A DNA stretch of 64,000 nt from Schmidtea polychroa (taxonomy: Eukaryota). The stretch lies in NCBI GenBank assembly GCA_044892525.1, contig JBJFYX010000019.1, forward strand, positions 186,001 to 250,000, in the 5' to 3' direction. Numbering within the stretch: the stretch's first letter is position 1; every line of letters starts with the position of its first letter. The position numbers and the translations under genes were made by a program. Below the pieces are notes generated by a model, which saw nothing but the letters and a program-made list of their open reading frames with translations, searched no databases and was not told the DNA's origin. This document shows positions 33,178-46,250 of the stretch, in pieces.

Positions 33178-36100
33178 CAAATGCTACTGCAAAAACATTT
33201 TCAAAAAATGTGGTAATGAAGAGATTTTGACAATTGGAGGAGATGAAATTCAGATTGCAGATCTTACAAAGTCAGAAATCAGCCAAAACAAACCAGATAA
33301 TCAGAATACTTCAACAATTTCTGAATTAAAGAATGAGAATCGTCAATTACGTTTGGAAATGAAAAACATGAAGAAAATGATGGAACAAATGATAAAATCA
33401 ATTGAAACTTTAGAACAAATTATCAAAGACTCTGCCAAAATTTCTACAGAAAATAGAAAAACACAACCAAATTCAGATCAGATTGTGAAAATTCGAGAAA
33501 AAGAGCATTATTTAAACAAAGTGTGTGTTACACATTAATTGTATACAAGATTGTAGATGCAGTCATTGAGGAACCAGTCCAAGATACTGTGGACCTGCCA
33601 ATACCAATAGAGCCCACAGTTGTCGAAGAACCACAGATAACCACAAACAACGAAAATATAGAAATTAGTGAAACAGATAGAGATTTGGTAGAGAAACACA
33701 CAACACCTGCACCAACATCAGTCAGCAAATCAAAACAACAACCAAAAAATATCCGGTCCAAGAGCATAAAGAAAAGAAGACAAGTGGATGACACCGAATA
33801 CCAAGAAAACACAAAGGATAACAAAAAAATACGTACCGGTGGAGGACCGTCAACGGCAAATACTCCACTGACCAATCTTATTATACCAAATATGAAAATC
33901 AACGATGAACTAAAAATCCAATGCAATTGCAAAAAAAATAGATACTCGTACTCAACAGATACCAATGCCACCAAACACTTCAAAGAGTTACATCCACAAT
34001 CCGGAGATCCAATAATAGAGTGCGGAATATGCAAAGCCATCATCACTATCAATGAAGCAATAGAACATATAGCAGTCCATAGAGAGAACAATACAAAAGA
34101 AAGGAACATACAGCAGCCCGCAATCAAACCAACAGAGGAGGACATCCCTACGGAGACCAGCTGACTATCACAGACAGCGATAGAATATTACATAAAATTT
34201 CTATCGCTCAGTATACCTACTCCAAACACCGTGGCCTATATCAAACCAACATGTGCCACGGACCTGATAGAGAATAATAAGGCTGGTCTCTACAGTAACA
34301 TCCATTTGGATACAATCGTGGGCTCTGATAGGGTCGTATGGCTGATCCATTGGAAACTCTGTCACTGGTCAATATACCTAGCGGACAAAGAAAATAGGGA
34401 GTCGGTAATTCTTGATACTGATGACCAAATATCCGAATCAGAGAAAAGTACAATAAAGGCCAAAATGGATGAAATACTAAGGATGACTACACAGGATCAA
34501 GCCCCATTCAACAGAATATCAATTGACGAATACCCCAAACAAGATAACGATTATGATTGTGGAGTGTTCGTTCTTCAATATATAATGGACTTCTTAGAAA
34601 ATCCAGAGAGACCCTTATTCAATATGCCTGATTCAGATAAAATAAGAACACAAATTACAACGAGCATACTAGAAGATATCAAAAAATACAAAAAATGCAA
34701 CAATGAAACAAAGAATGAAGACATAGAAGACGCCATAAATCAATTTAGACTACACCAATTATCAATAAATGACATACTTAATTGGTTCAAGAACAGATTC
34801 CTAAAAGATCAAAAGCCGAGAAGAGCATGCAGAAGCGAAAATAAAAAACTCAAGCTATGCTCATACCAAATACAGAGATTATATACAATAAACTCGGGCA
34901 AAGCAATAATACAAATTCACAATGAAACATGCAAAGTTATTGACCTAACATCAACGGCAATGGACCTGCATTTTATAAGAACAAAGCCTCCAAAGATACA
35001 AAATATGATTAATATTACGGATAAAAGACCAGAATGGGAATCATCAAAGCCATTTACAGAGAAAGATGTATCCATTGGAATAAAAAACAGCAAAGATGCA
35101 GCACCAGGAGAGGATGGAATTCCAATAAGAGCATGGAAAGAATGGATGCCTGAAGACCCATTAACTCCAATATTCAACAAAATAATAGAATCCAAAAACA
35201 TCCCAGATTCATGGAAAACTTATGTTACAAAGTTAATTAAAAAACTAGGCAAAAGTAACCAAGCACACAATCCGGCAAATTGGAGACCAATAGCATTAAT
35301 GCCCACAAGTTATAGAATTTTTATGAAAATCCTTAACAAAAGAATTCTCCAATGGATCCACGAACACAGGTTAATTTCGAAATGGCAAAAGGCAGTGAAT
35401 ATATCCAATGGGTGTGATGAACATAATTACATCATCACTGTTCAAAAAGAAAAGCCCAACAGAAAAAGATACAAAGGATGTGAATGCCACCTAGTGTTCT
35501 TGGATCTTGCGGATGCCTTCGGCAGCATTCCACACGAAGTGATCTGGCATACTTTAGAACAGAAAGGCCTAAATAAAAACACCATAAGCCTATTGCAAGA
35601 ATGCTATAAAGACTGTCACACTATATATCAAAGTGGTGACACCAGATCAAGCCAAATCAAACAAGTAAAAGGTGTTAGACAAGGATGCCCACTATCAATG
35701 ACCATCTTCAGCCTCTGTATTGAATATCTAATACAAGCTGCAATAAATAGTGGGAAAGGAGTCGAGATAGCTGGAGAGAAAATAAGCATTTTAGCATATG
35801 CGGACGATCTCGTTCTTATGGCACCACAACACTATCAAATCCAAGAAATGCTCAACATAATAGTGGAACAAGCAAAGATGGCTCACCTTATATTTAAACC
35901 CGAAAAGTGTGGTTACTACCTAAATAAAAAAGATGCTATTGGATGGGAAAACAACATCTTTCTCGACGGAACAAAGATCAAACATATAAATGAGGAAAAT
36001 CTTTACACTTACCTTGGTGTCACAGTTGGTAGCACAAAGAAAAACGATCTAAATCAAATTTTCAAAGAAGTTGAAGACAAAGCAATCAGCATTTTCAGAT

Positions 36101-36724
36101 CTTCGTTGAGGGCTCACCAGAAAATCGAGGCATATAACATCTTTTGCCATTCAAAATTCATATTCATCTTGCAAGCCGAAGAAATAGCTAAAAGCGAAGC
36201 TGGAAAATTTGATGACAAAATTAGAATGCTAATAAAGGATAAAGAGGTGCTTGACCTACAACATAAAAGCCCTCTAATGGACGCAATTTTTTACTCCCCG
36301 ACCGAAAAAGGAGGCATTGGTATTACAAAGATAGTAGACGAACAGATCATACAAACAATTTCTCGTTTCCTAAAGTTGATAAACAGCAGTCATTCGGCAA
36401 TAGTAAACATATTAACGGAAGAATTAATAGATGTAGCCGAAACAAGAACCGATTCCCCCATCAACTCATTGTCAGATTCGTTAAAATGGTTAGATGAAAC
36501 ATATGCCCATAAAAGAACAAATTCGGCAAAAAAATCATGGTTAGATAGAGTAAAGAATGCAATAACTCAATTATACAACGATCATGATATCAAATTGACT
36601 TTCCTATCACGAAATATTGGCACTGGATGTAACATCAAATCCTACAATCAAGAAAAACCTGAGGAAGTCTTTCCTCCATTCTTAGACGAAGCCTCAAAAA
36701 AGCTACACAAAATGATCAGAGAAG
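33178..36724 (+). mobile_element. el4 copy, unit B
   Basis: ORFs 33173, 33523, 34231. Confidence 0.92.
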
Positions 36725-36768
36725 GCCTATATCAAACCAACATGTGCCACGGACCTGATAGAGAATAA
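34231..36768 (+). CDS. el4 ORF2, unit B
   Basis: Same translation as 14950..17487. Confidence 0.9.
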   Translation: MAYIKPTCATDLIENNKAGLYSNIHLDTIVGSDRVVWLIHWKLCHWSIYLADKENRESVILDTDDQISESEKSTIKAKMDEILRMTTQDQAPFNRISIDEYPKQDNDYDCGVFVLQYIMDFLENPERPLFNMPDSDKIRTQITTSILEDIKKYKKCNNETKNEDIEDAINQFRLHQLSINDILNWFKNRFLKDQKPRRACRSENKKLKLCSYQIQRLYTINSGKAIIQIHNETCKVIDLTSTAMDLHFIRTKPPKIQNMINITDKRPEWESSKPFTEKDVSIGIKNSKDAAPGEDGIPIRAWKEWMPEDPLTPIFNKIIESKNIPDSWKTYVTKLIKKLGKSNQAHNPANWRPIALMPTSYRIFMKILNKRILQWIHEHRLISKWQKAVNISNGCDEHNYIITVQKEKPNRKRYKGCECHLVFLDLADAFGSIPHEVIWHTLEQKGLNKNTISLLQECYKDCHTIYQSGDTRSSQIKQVKGVRQGCPLSMTIFSLCIEYLIQAAINSGKGVEIAGEKISILAYADDLVLMAPQHYQIQEMLNIIVEQAKMAHLIFKPEKCGYYLNKKDAIGWENNIFLDGTKIKHINEENLYTYLGVTVGSTKKNDLNQIFKEVEDKAISIFRSSLRAHQKIEAYNIFCHSKFIFILQAEEIAKSEAGKFDDKIRMLIKDKEVLDLQHKSPLMDAIFYSPTEKGGIGITKIVDEQIIQTISRFLKLINSSHSAIVNILTEELIDVAETRTDSPINSLSDSLKWLDETYAHKRTNSAKKSWLDRVKNAITQLYNDHDIKLTFLSRNIGTGCNIKSYNQEKPEEVFPPFLDEASKKLHKMIREGLYQTNMCHGPDRE

Positions 36769-39700
36769 TAAGGCTGGTCTCTACAGAAACATCCATTTGG
36801 ATACAATCGTGGGCTCTGATAGGGTCGTATGGCTGATCCATTGGAAACTCTGTCACTGGTCAATATACCTAGCGGACAAAGAAAATAGGGAGTCGGTAAT
36901 TCTTGATCCTGATGACCAAATATCCGAATCAGAGAAAAGTACAATAAAGGCCAAAATGGATGAAATACTAAGGATGACTACACAGGATCAAGCCCCATTC
37001 AACAGAATATCAATTGACGAATACCCCAAACAAGATAACGATTAAGAAGTTTTTGCAAATGAGTAGTCAAACAAAAATTTGGAAGAAATGAAAGCTTGGG
37101 CCGCCACAACCAGTTATCCCTGTGGTAAACACACAAATTCAACAATCGAAGAGGATGAAAACATCGCAAAGGAATCAGAAATACAGAAAATTCACGAAAA
37201 AACCAATAAATTAGAGTCTGGAATACTGATGATGATGAAATGGATACAAACTCTAACCAATGAAATAAAAACTCTATCGGAAAAATTGGACAAATCGCAA
37301 AATGGGAATGAATCAGACGGAGGAATTCAAAGGAAAAGCTATGCCAAAATTGCCAAAAAATCAAATACAAATTTAAATCTCAAAGAAAATAACAAAAATT
37401 TAAATTTTACGAATTATAAAAATTCAGAAAATCCAGAAAATCCAGATAATAATTTAACTTTCAAAGAAAATAATTAAAATTTAAATTCTACGAATTATAA
37501 AAATCCAGAAAACCCAGAAAATTCTGATAATAATTTAATTTTCAAAGAAAATAATGAAAATTTAAATTCTACGAATTATAAAAATTCAGAAAATCCAGAA
37601 AATTTAAAAGATTTTAAAAATTTAAAAAATGGAAAATCAATTAAAAATTTTAAAACTCAGTATACCTACTCCAAACACCGTGGCCTATATCAAACCAACA
37701 TGCGCCACGGACTTAATAGAAAATAATAAGGCTGGTCTCTACAGAAACATCCATATGGATACAATCGTGGGCTCTGATAGGGTCGTATGGCTGATCCATT
37801 GGAATCTCTGTCACTGGTCAATATACCTAGCGGATAAAGAAAATAGGGAGTCGGTAATCCTTGATCCTGATGACCAAATATCCGAATCAGAAAAAAACAC
37901 AATAAAAGCCAAAATGGACGAAATTCTAAGAATGACCACACAAGAATACCAATTGACGAATACCCCAAACTATGACTGTGGGGTGTTCGTACTCCAATAC
38001 ATATCCGACTTCCTATCCAGTGACAGAGGGATCAGATTTACGACCCCAAACTCAATGGAAATCAGAGAGCAAATTAAAAATATCTTAATGGAAAATATAG
38101 ACAAATATGATAGCCTAGCCTCAATCAAGAAAAATGAGGCTATTGAGGCTATCATAACCAGCTTCCGCCTACACAAGACAAACATCGACCAATTCCTCAA
38201 ATGGTTCACTGATTTATTCAATAAAGATCGAAAGCCACAAAGGAATCATAGAGATAAAACATATACAATTACCAAATGCTCCTACCAGATACAGAGAATA
38301 TTCACAGTGGCACCTGGTAGGGCTATCAAAGAGATAGACAGAATCCTGGAACCGGCTACCGATTTAACAACAGCGGTGATAGACACATACTTCGAAAGAC
38401 CCACTCCTCCAAAAATGAGAGAAAAACCAGCACCCATTAAAAGTGCTCCGGAGTGGGAAACAAATAAACCAATAACCAGGGCAGACATCGATGAAGCAAT
38501 AATAAACAGCAAAGATGCTGCACCTGGTATGGACCAAATCCCACTTCGACAATGGAGGGAGTGGATGGCATTTGATGCGCTAACACCAATCTTCAACAAA
38601 ATCCTGGAGACGCATCAAATTCCCGAAGTATGGAGAAAATATTTATTTGAATTAAAGAATGAGAATCGTCAATTAAGTTTGGAAATGAAAAACATGAAGA
38701 AAATGATGGAACAAAAGATAAAATCAATTGAAACTTTAGAACAAATTATCAAAGACTCTGCCAAAATTTCTACAGAAAATAGGAAAACACAACCAAATTC
38801 AGATCAGATTGTGAAAATTCGAGAAAAAGAGCATTATTTAAACAAAGTGTGTGTTACACATTACAAGATTGTTATCACAAGATTGCTTGTTTTTATTAAT
38901 AAATTTTTGACTCTGACACCTCATGCTGGTGTTCCTCATCTGGGAAAAGTTTGCTGACTTATCTAAGATTTTTTAATTTTTAATTGAGCTTAATTCTGAA
39001 TTTATTTCTTTTTGTAATTTTTCTATTGGTTTAAAAATATTTTAAATTGATTTTAAATTTTTTAAATGATTTTTATTATTACTTTTAAAATTTCTTGGAT
39101 TAATTTTATTATTTTTTGTATTTTTAATATTTAAATTTAAATCATGGGTATTTCCTTGAAAGTTTTTAAATTTTCTTGGATATTTATTTGAAAATTTAAT
39201 TTCATGTTTAAATTTTTATTGTTTTCTTGAAATATTTTATTATTCTTTGAAATTAATTTTTCTTGTATTTTCTTGTATATATAATAAAATTCATGTTTTT
39301 ATCCAAATTTAACATTATTTCCAAGCTTTTTTCTTGATAAATAAATTTGTCTTGGATATTTTCTTGAAGATTTGACATATTGTGTATCACTTTTATTATT
39401 TCCATCTGTAATTTTCAAATTGAAGTTTTGTTTTTAGTATTTTTTATCTGGGAAAGGTTTAAAAAAATATCGAAAATATTAAAACAATACCATTTAATAT
39501 TTATAATTTTATTGAAAATTTAGATCAAGATGATATTAAAAAAACTAGAATGTAAAAATTATATTTATAGAAAATTTATCTAAAAATTTATATAAGAATT
39601 TTGATAAAAAATAAATGATTAAACTACAAATGCTTAAAAATTATATATAACATTAAAAATATATCTAAACATTTAAACTTTAAAGAAATATATATTAAAA

Positions 39701-42615
39701 TATAATTTTAAAGATAAAAAATCTTTAAATTTAAAAGAAATATGTTACCAAAGAATATTGAACTATCAACAGAAAATAATAAAAACTCTGAATGATAATT
39801 GAATAATAATTTTTAAAATGTTACTTATTCAATTAAAAACAAAAAACGAATCCAGATAATATTCAGGGAAGCAATAACAATGCCAAAAAACCAAGATCCA
39901 ATAATGAAAAACGCAGCAACTCTGCCCAAAAAAATGAAATCAAAAATTCAGAGACTCCCATAAAACCACTAAACTTTGACAATAATGTCAAATCTAATGA
40001 TATAAATATATTTCTATTCCATGAAAATACCAGATTATCAAAAACATATATAGAAATAGAATATTATAAGAAGAAATTTGTAAAAATCTGTCAAAAATGA
40101 TAAAAAATAGTGAATGTTATAAAAACGATAAATTTGTCGTTTAAATTATCGTTTTTATTGCAGTTTTAATTTTTAATGTTTTGAGTATGATTTAATTATT
40201 TCAAGATTCATTAATAATAAAAATCAAGATTAAATTAATTTTTGAAATATTAAATTTATCACAGAAAATATCTCAAAGTTAGAGGATATGGGTCTTTTAT
40301 TAGAAATAAAATATAAAAATATCTATTGAATAAAATAAGCATTTTTAGAAATAAAAATGTAAACAATTTTAAAAATTCAATATTTATTTGAAATTTGGAA
40401 GTTCAAATATTAAATTAAAAAAAATCTTTTTTGGCAGAATAGGTTTATTTAATTATAGTTGAATTATTTGTATTTTTTTAAAGTTAAAAATGTAAGTGTG
40501 TAAAATATTATTGATATAAATAAAAAAAATATCATAAGAAAATTTAAATGATAAAAATTAATTTATTATTAAAAATAATTGAAAATATACAAAAAACAAA
40601 TCAAATTTAAAAATATCAATAATAAAAATTAAGATTGAATTAATTGTTGAAATATTAAATTTATCACAGAAAATATCTCGATGTTAGAGGATATGGGTCT
40701 TTTATTAGAAAGTTAATTTATTAATAAAAATAATTTAAAATATACAAAAAACAAATAAAATATAAAAATATCTATTGCCTAAGATAAATATCTCAAAATT
40801 AGAGTATATGGGTCTTTTATTAGAAAGTTAATTTATTATTAAAAATAATTTAAAATATACAAAAATTAAATAAAATATAAAAATATCTTTTGGCTAAGAT
40901 AAACATTTTTAGAAATTAAAATGTAAACAATAATTATTTAAAATTGAAAGTTCAAATATTGAATTAAAAAAAATTTTTTTGGCAGAATGGGTTTATTTAA
41001 TTATAGTTGAATTATTTGTATTTTTTTAAAGTTAAAAATGTAAGTGTGTATGTAAGTCATAAATATCATAAGAAAATTTAAATGATAAAAATTAATTTAT
41101 TATTAAAAATAATTGAAAATATACAAAAAACAAATCAAATTTAAAAATATCAATAAAAATATTTAGAAATAAAAGTTAAAACAATTTTTAAAATTTAATA
41201 TTTTTTTTTAAAAATGGAAGGTCAAATATCGAATTTAAAAATATTTTAATCCAAATTTAAAAAAAACATTTAATTATAATAATAATATTGAAATTTTAGA
41301 TCAAGATGATAATAAACAATTAGAATGTTACAATTATATTTATGAAAAATATATATAAAATATCAAACTTTAAAGAAAATTATATCAGAATATGATTTTA
41401 AAGATAAAAAATATATTAAAATTTCAAATATATTTTAACAAAAAATATTGAAGTACCAACAGATTTATAATAACTCTAACAGTTATATAAATACATTTTT
41501 TTAGTTTAACTAATTCAATGAAAAAGAATTTTAAAACAATGAAAAATTCGAAATTCAGAACAATTCAGAACCTCGTCCAAATGAAATTGGAAAAAGCCCT
41601 AAATAACTTTCCACCAGCATCCAAGATGAAAAACAACGATAACTAAATGCCAATTAATAGTAAAAAAAATAATTAACAGTTTAATCAATAACTTATATAT
41701 AATTAAAAATAAATAAAAAAATTAAAAAAATTAAATCATTAAATTATATTATATTTCTGATTATTCTTGAATGAAGATTTTGAACTTTTTGAATTCTATG
41801 ATTGTTGAGTTCTCAGTTTCTGGTTGTTTGGTAGTGGAAATCTCTCTGTCTTTGGCGGCCAATGCGTTCATATTTTCTTTTGAAATTTTGTTTTCGGTAT
41901 TTCTTATCTGGGAAAGGTTGGCAGAGGTTTATATTATTTTCTTTATGTTCTTTGAGGTTTTATATAAAATATATTTATCATTTATTTGTTCTTTGATAAA
42001 ATTTTATAATTTGGTAACCACTATCATTGAGTAGCCTACAGATGTCACAAGAGACTCAGACACTGTAGAGCTGTCAAATCCAATAGAACTCACAACTATC
42101 GAGCAACCATGTAGAAGCATGGAAAATAATGAGACCGCAATCTCTACAGTAAACAACGAAAACATAGAAATTGACGGAACAAGTCGGGGAATAATAATAA
42201 AACCCATTGCACCTGTACTCAAAGAAAATATATCAAATAACGAAACAAGAAGGCAATCAAGACAAGATAAAAATATCAGATCCAAGAGTCAGAAGAAAGA
42301 AAGACAAATAATTGACTCCGATAGCCATTGATACCACAAAACAAAACAAAAAACTACGTACCGGTGGAGACCATCAACGGCAAATAATTGGCTTATGGTA
42401 GTTAAAAAACATCCAATAGCCAGTTAACCGAATGGAAAAATGCCTTGAAAATATTTTTAGCATAAAAGCCCACATAATATAGTTAATAAACTATAATATG
42501 CAGGCAATTAGTTAATCTAAATTTCAATCTAGAAATTTAAAGTTAATTTTAAAAACGACATGAATGAATCATAAAGACTCAATACATATCTACACAATGA
42601 ATGATTCATAAAGAA

Positions 42616-43027
42616 TCAAATCATCGCGCATGGGGATGAAGTTCAAAATCTCGCAGTTTACACCACTCGAATTCTTACGCTTCCCCGACCGTAAAGTAAG
42701 TCGTCTACAAACGATTTAATGCCAACACGTAAATCATTAAAAATGATTCAAACATCCAAACTATTTTCATAGAATGGTTAGAGTTTAAATATATGGCTAA
42801 GCCACATCCACTAACTTGCGTTAATGAATAATAATATTGCCTCATTACGAGGATGGCACAAAATATCATGATTTTTAGGCGAGATTCAGACTTAGAGGCG
42901 TTCAGTCTTAATCTCTCGGATGGTAGCTTCGTGCCACTGACCTTTTGATCAAGCACATTTACCAGTGATCCGAATCTGCGGTTCCTCTCGTACTGACCAG
43001 AATTACTATTATCATGACAAATTATAT

Positions 43028-43081
<54 letters not shown>

Positions 43082-43211
43082 ATTAGTGAGTGAACAATCC
43101 AACGCTTTGCGAAATCTGCTTCGCAATGATAGGAAGAGCCGACAACGAAGGATCAAAAAGCGACGTCGCTATGAACGCTTGGCCGCCACAAGCCAGTTAT
43201 CCCTGTGGTAA
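42616..43211 (-). rRNA. 28S: 28S rRNA 3' fragment, unit C
   Basis: Same sequence as 4053-4648. Confidence 0.95.
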
Positions 43212-45241
43212 TAGCACAAATTCGAAAATCGGAGAAGATGAAAACATCACAACAATATCAGAAATACAAAAATTACAGCAAAAAAACAGTCATTTGGAAT
43301 CAGGAATGCAGATAATGATGAAAATGATGCAATCATTGACTGAAGAAATAAATACTCTAAAAAAATGATGGACAAATCACAAAATGGGAATGAAACAGAT
43401 AAAAATAATCAAAGAAACAGTTATGCCCAAATTGCCAAAAAATCAAATAGCAATTTAAATTTCCAAGAAAATGATAAAAATTTGAATTTTACAAATTGTA
43501 AAAAAAATTCAAATTCGGAAGAAAATAATAAAAATTTAAATTTAAATTCAAATTTAAATACAGAAAATCAAGAGAATTTAAATATTTCAAAATCAAATAT
43601 TAATGATTTTAAAATTTCGAAGAATACATCATTTAAAAATTTTAAAAATAAGAAAGATTTTATAAATAATAAAAATGATTTTAAGCCAATAATCAATCAA
43701 CACTGAAATCCAGATCTGCGCTGAGAAAATTAATACTACAACACTGAATTCTCAACCAGTAGAATCAAACAGAAAGAGAAGAAAGGCAATCTTAGCAAGT
43801 GATGAAGAGCAAAATCTTCCAAAAAAGACTAATAATCATAAAGAGCAACCCATATTCGACCAACCTGAAAAATTGATTGGAGGAGGACCAAGTGATAATG
43901 AGAACTTCCAGATCCACGTTACTAATGAACTAACCTACAAATGTGCTCTGATTGGATGCCAATCCAAATCTGAATCATTAGCCGGGATTAAACAGCATGT
44001 ATCAAGAGCCCATAAAATCAGGACAACATACACTAAATGCCATCAATGACCAAACAATATTCAACAACATGAAATTGAAGAACATGTCAAATATCATAAA
44101 GAGTTGACAAATAAATATAAAGATGCGAAAATGGATGTCATAATTCCAACAAAAAATGACATTCCTTCAAACATCGCATGACTAGCACAGTCAGCTATCG
44201 AGGCTCAAATAAGATCAATCATAAAAGAGCCTAAGAACAAAGATAGCATAATCTGTTACTTAAATCCCCAGTGCGCTAATGACCTAATATCAAACAACAG
44301 GAATGGCCTCTTTAAAAAGTTAAAAATGAATGCCCTTGTTGGATGTGAGCTTACTATTTGGCTAATCCATTGGAATAAAAGTCATTGAACTGTATACCTT
44401 GCAGAAAGGAAAAACAGGACGTCAGTAATTATGGACCCTGACAATCAAATGTCTCAAGAACTTAAGATTTCCATCAAAAAGAAAATAGATGATATACTGA
44501 GAATAACTTCCTCCGAGCAAGACAATGAAATGCAATTAATGAACATCCCAATCTATCCAACTCAGACAAACAAATATGATTGTGGAGTGTTCGTTATTCA
44601 ATATATAATGGACTTCCTAGAAAATCCGGAGAGGCCCATATTCAATATGCCCGACTCCGATAAAATAAGAACCCAAATAACATCAAGCATATTAGAGGAT
44701 ATCAAAAGATACAAAAAATGCTCAAATGAATCAAAGAAAGAAGACATAGAAGATGCTATAAACCAATTTAGATTACACCAGCTATCAATAAACGATATAC
44801 TAAATTGGCTCAAACACAGATTTCTAAAAGATCCTAAACCGAGAAGGGCATGCAGAAGCGAAAATAAAAAACCCAATCTATGCTCATACCAAATACAGAG
44901 ATTATACTCAATAAACTCTGGCAAAGCGATAATGCAAATACATAATGAATCATGCAAGGTTATTGACCTAACATCAACGTCAATGGACCTCCATTTTACA
45001 AAACCAAAGCCACCAAAAATACAGAACATGATTAATATTGCGGACAAAAGACCAGAATGGGAATCCTCAAAGCCAATTTCAGAGAAAGATGTATTCTTTG
45101 CAATAAAAAATAGCAAAGATACAGCGCCAGGAGAGGACGGAATTCTGGTCAGAGCATAGAAAGAATGGATGCCTGAGGACCCATTGACTCCAATATTCAA
45201 TAGAATAATCGAATCCAAAACTATCCCTGATTCTTGGAAAA
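43212..45241 (+). mobile_element. el1 copy, unit C
   Basis: ORFs 43090, 43365 and 44431. Confidence 0.9.
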
Positions 45242-46250
45242 ATAATATAATTTAATGATTTAATTTTTTTAATTTTTTTATTTATTTTTAATTATATATA
45301 AGTTATTGATTAAACTGTTAATTATTTTTTTTACTATTAATTGGCATTTAGTTATCGTTGTTTTTCATCTTGGATGCTGGTGGAAAGTTATTTAGGGCTT
45401 TTTCCAATTTCATTTGGACGAGGTTCTGAATTGTTCTGAATTTCGAATTTTTCATTGTTTTAAAATTCTTTTTCATTGAATTAGTTAAACTAAAAAAATG
45501 TATTTATATAACTGTTAGAGTTATTATAAATCTGTTGGTACTTCAATATTTTTTGTTAAAATATATTTGAAATTTTAATATATTTTTTATCTTTAAAATC
45601 ATATTCTGATATAATTTTCTTTAAAGTTTGATATTTTAGATATATTTTTCATAAATATAATTGTAACATTCTAATTGTTTATTATCATCTTGATCTAAAA
45701 TTTCAATATTATTATTATAATTAAATGTTTTTTTTAAATTTGGATTAAAATATTTTTAAATTCGATATTTGACCTTCCATTTTCAAAAAAAATAATTAAA
45801 TTTTAAAAATTGTTTTAACTTTTATTTCTAATTATTTTTATTGATATTTTTAAATTTAAATTTTTTTTGTATATTTTCAATTATTTTTAATAATAAATTA
45901 ATTTTTATCATTTAAATTTTCTTATGATATTTATGACTTACATACACACTTACATTTTTAACTTTAAAAAAATACAAATAATTCAACTATAATTAAATAA
46001 ACCCATTCTGCCAAAAAAAATTTTTTTAATTCAATATTTGAACTTTCAATTTTAAATAATTATTGTTTACATTTTAATTTCTAAAAATGTTTATCTTAGC
46101 CAAAAGATATTTTTATATTTTATTTGATTTTTGTATATTTTAAATTATTTTTAATAATAAATTAACTTTCTAATAAAAGACCCATATACTCTAATTTTGA
46201 GATATTTATCTTAGGCAATAGATATTTTTATATTTTATTTGTTTTTTGTA

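Larger units (their letters stand above)
19283..38563 (+). repeat. Tandem unit B
   Basis: Near-identical to A. Differences seen by eye are at A positions 1406, 5770 and 8947, a 1-nt T-run change near 7165. Confidence 0.98.
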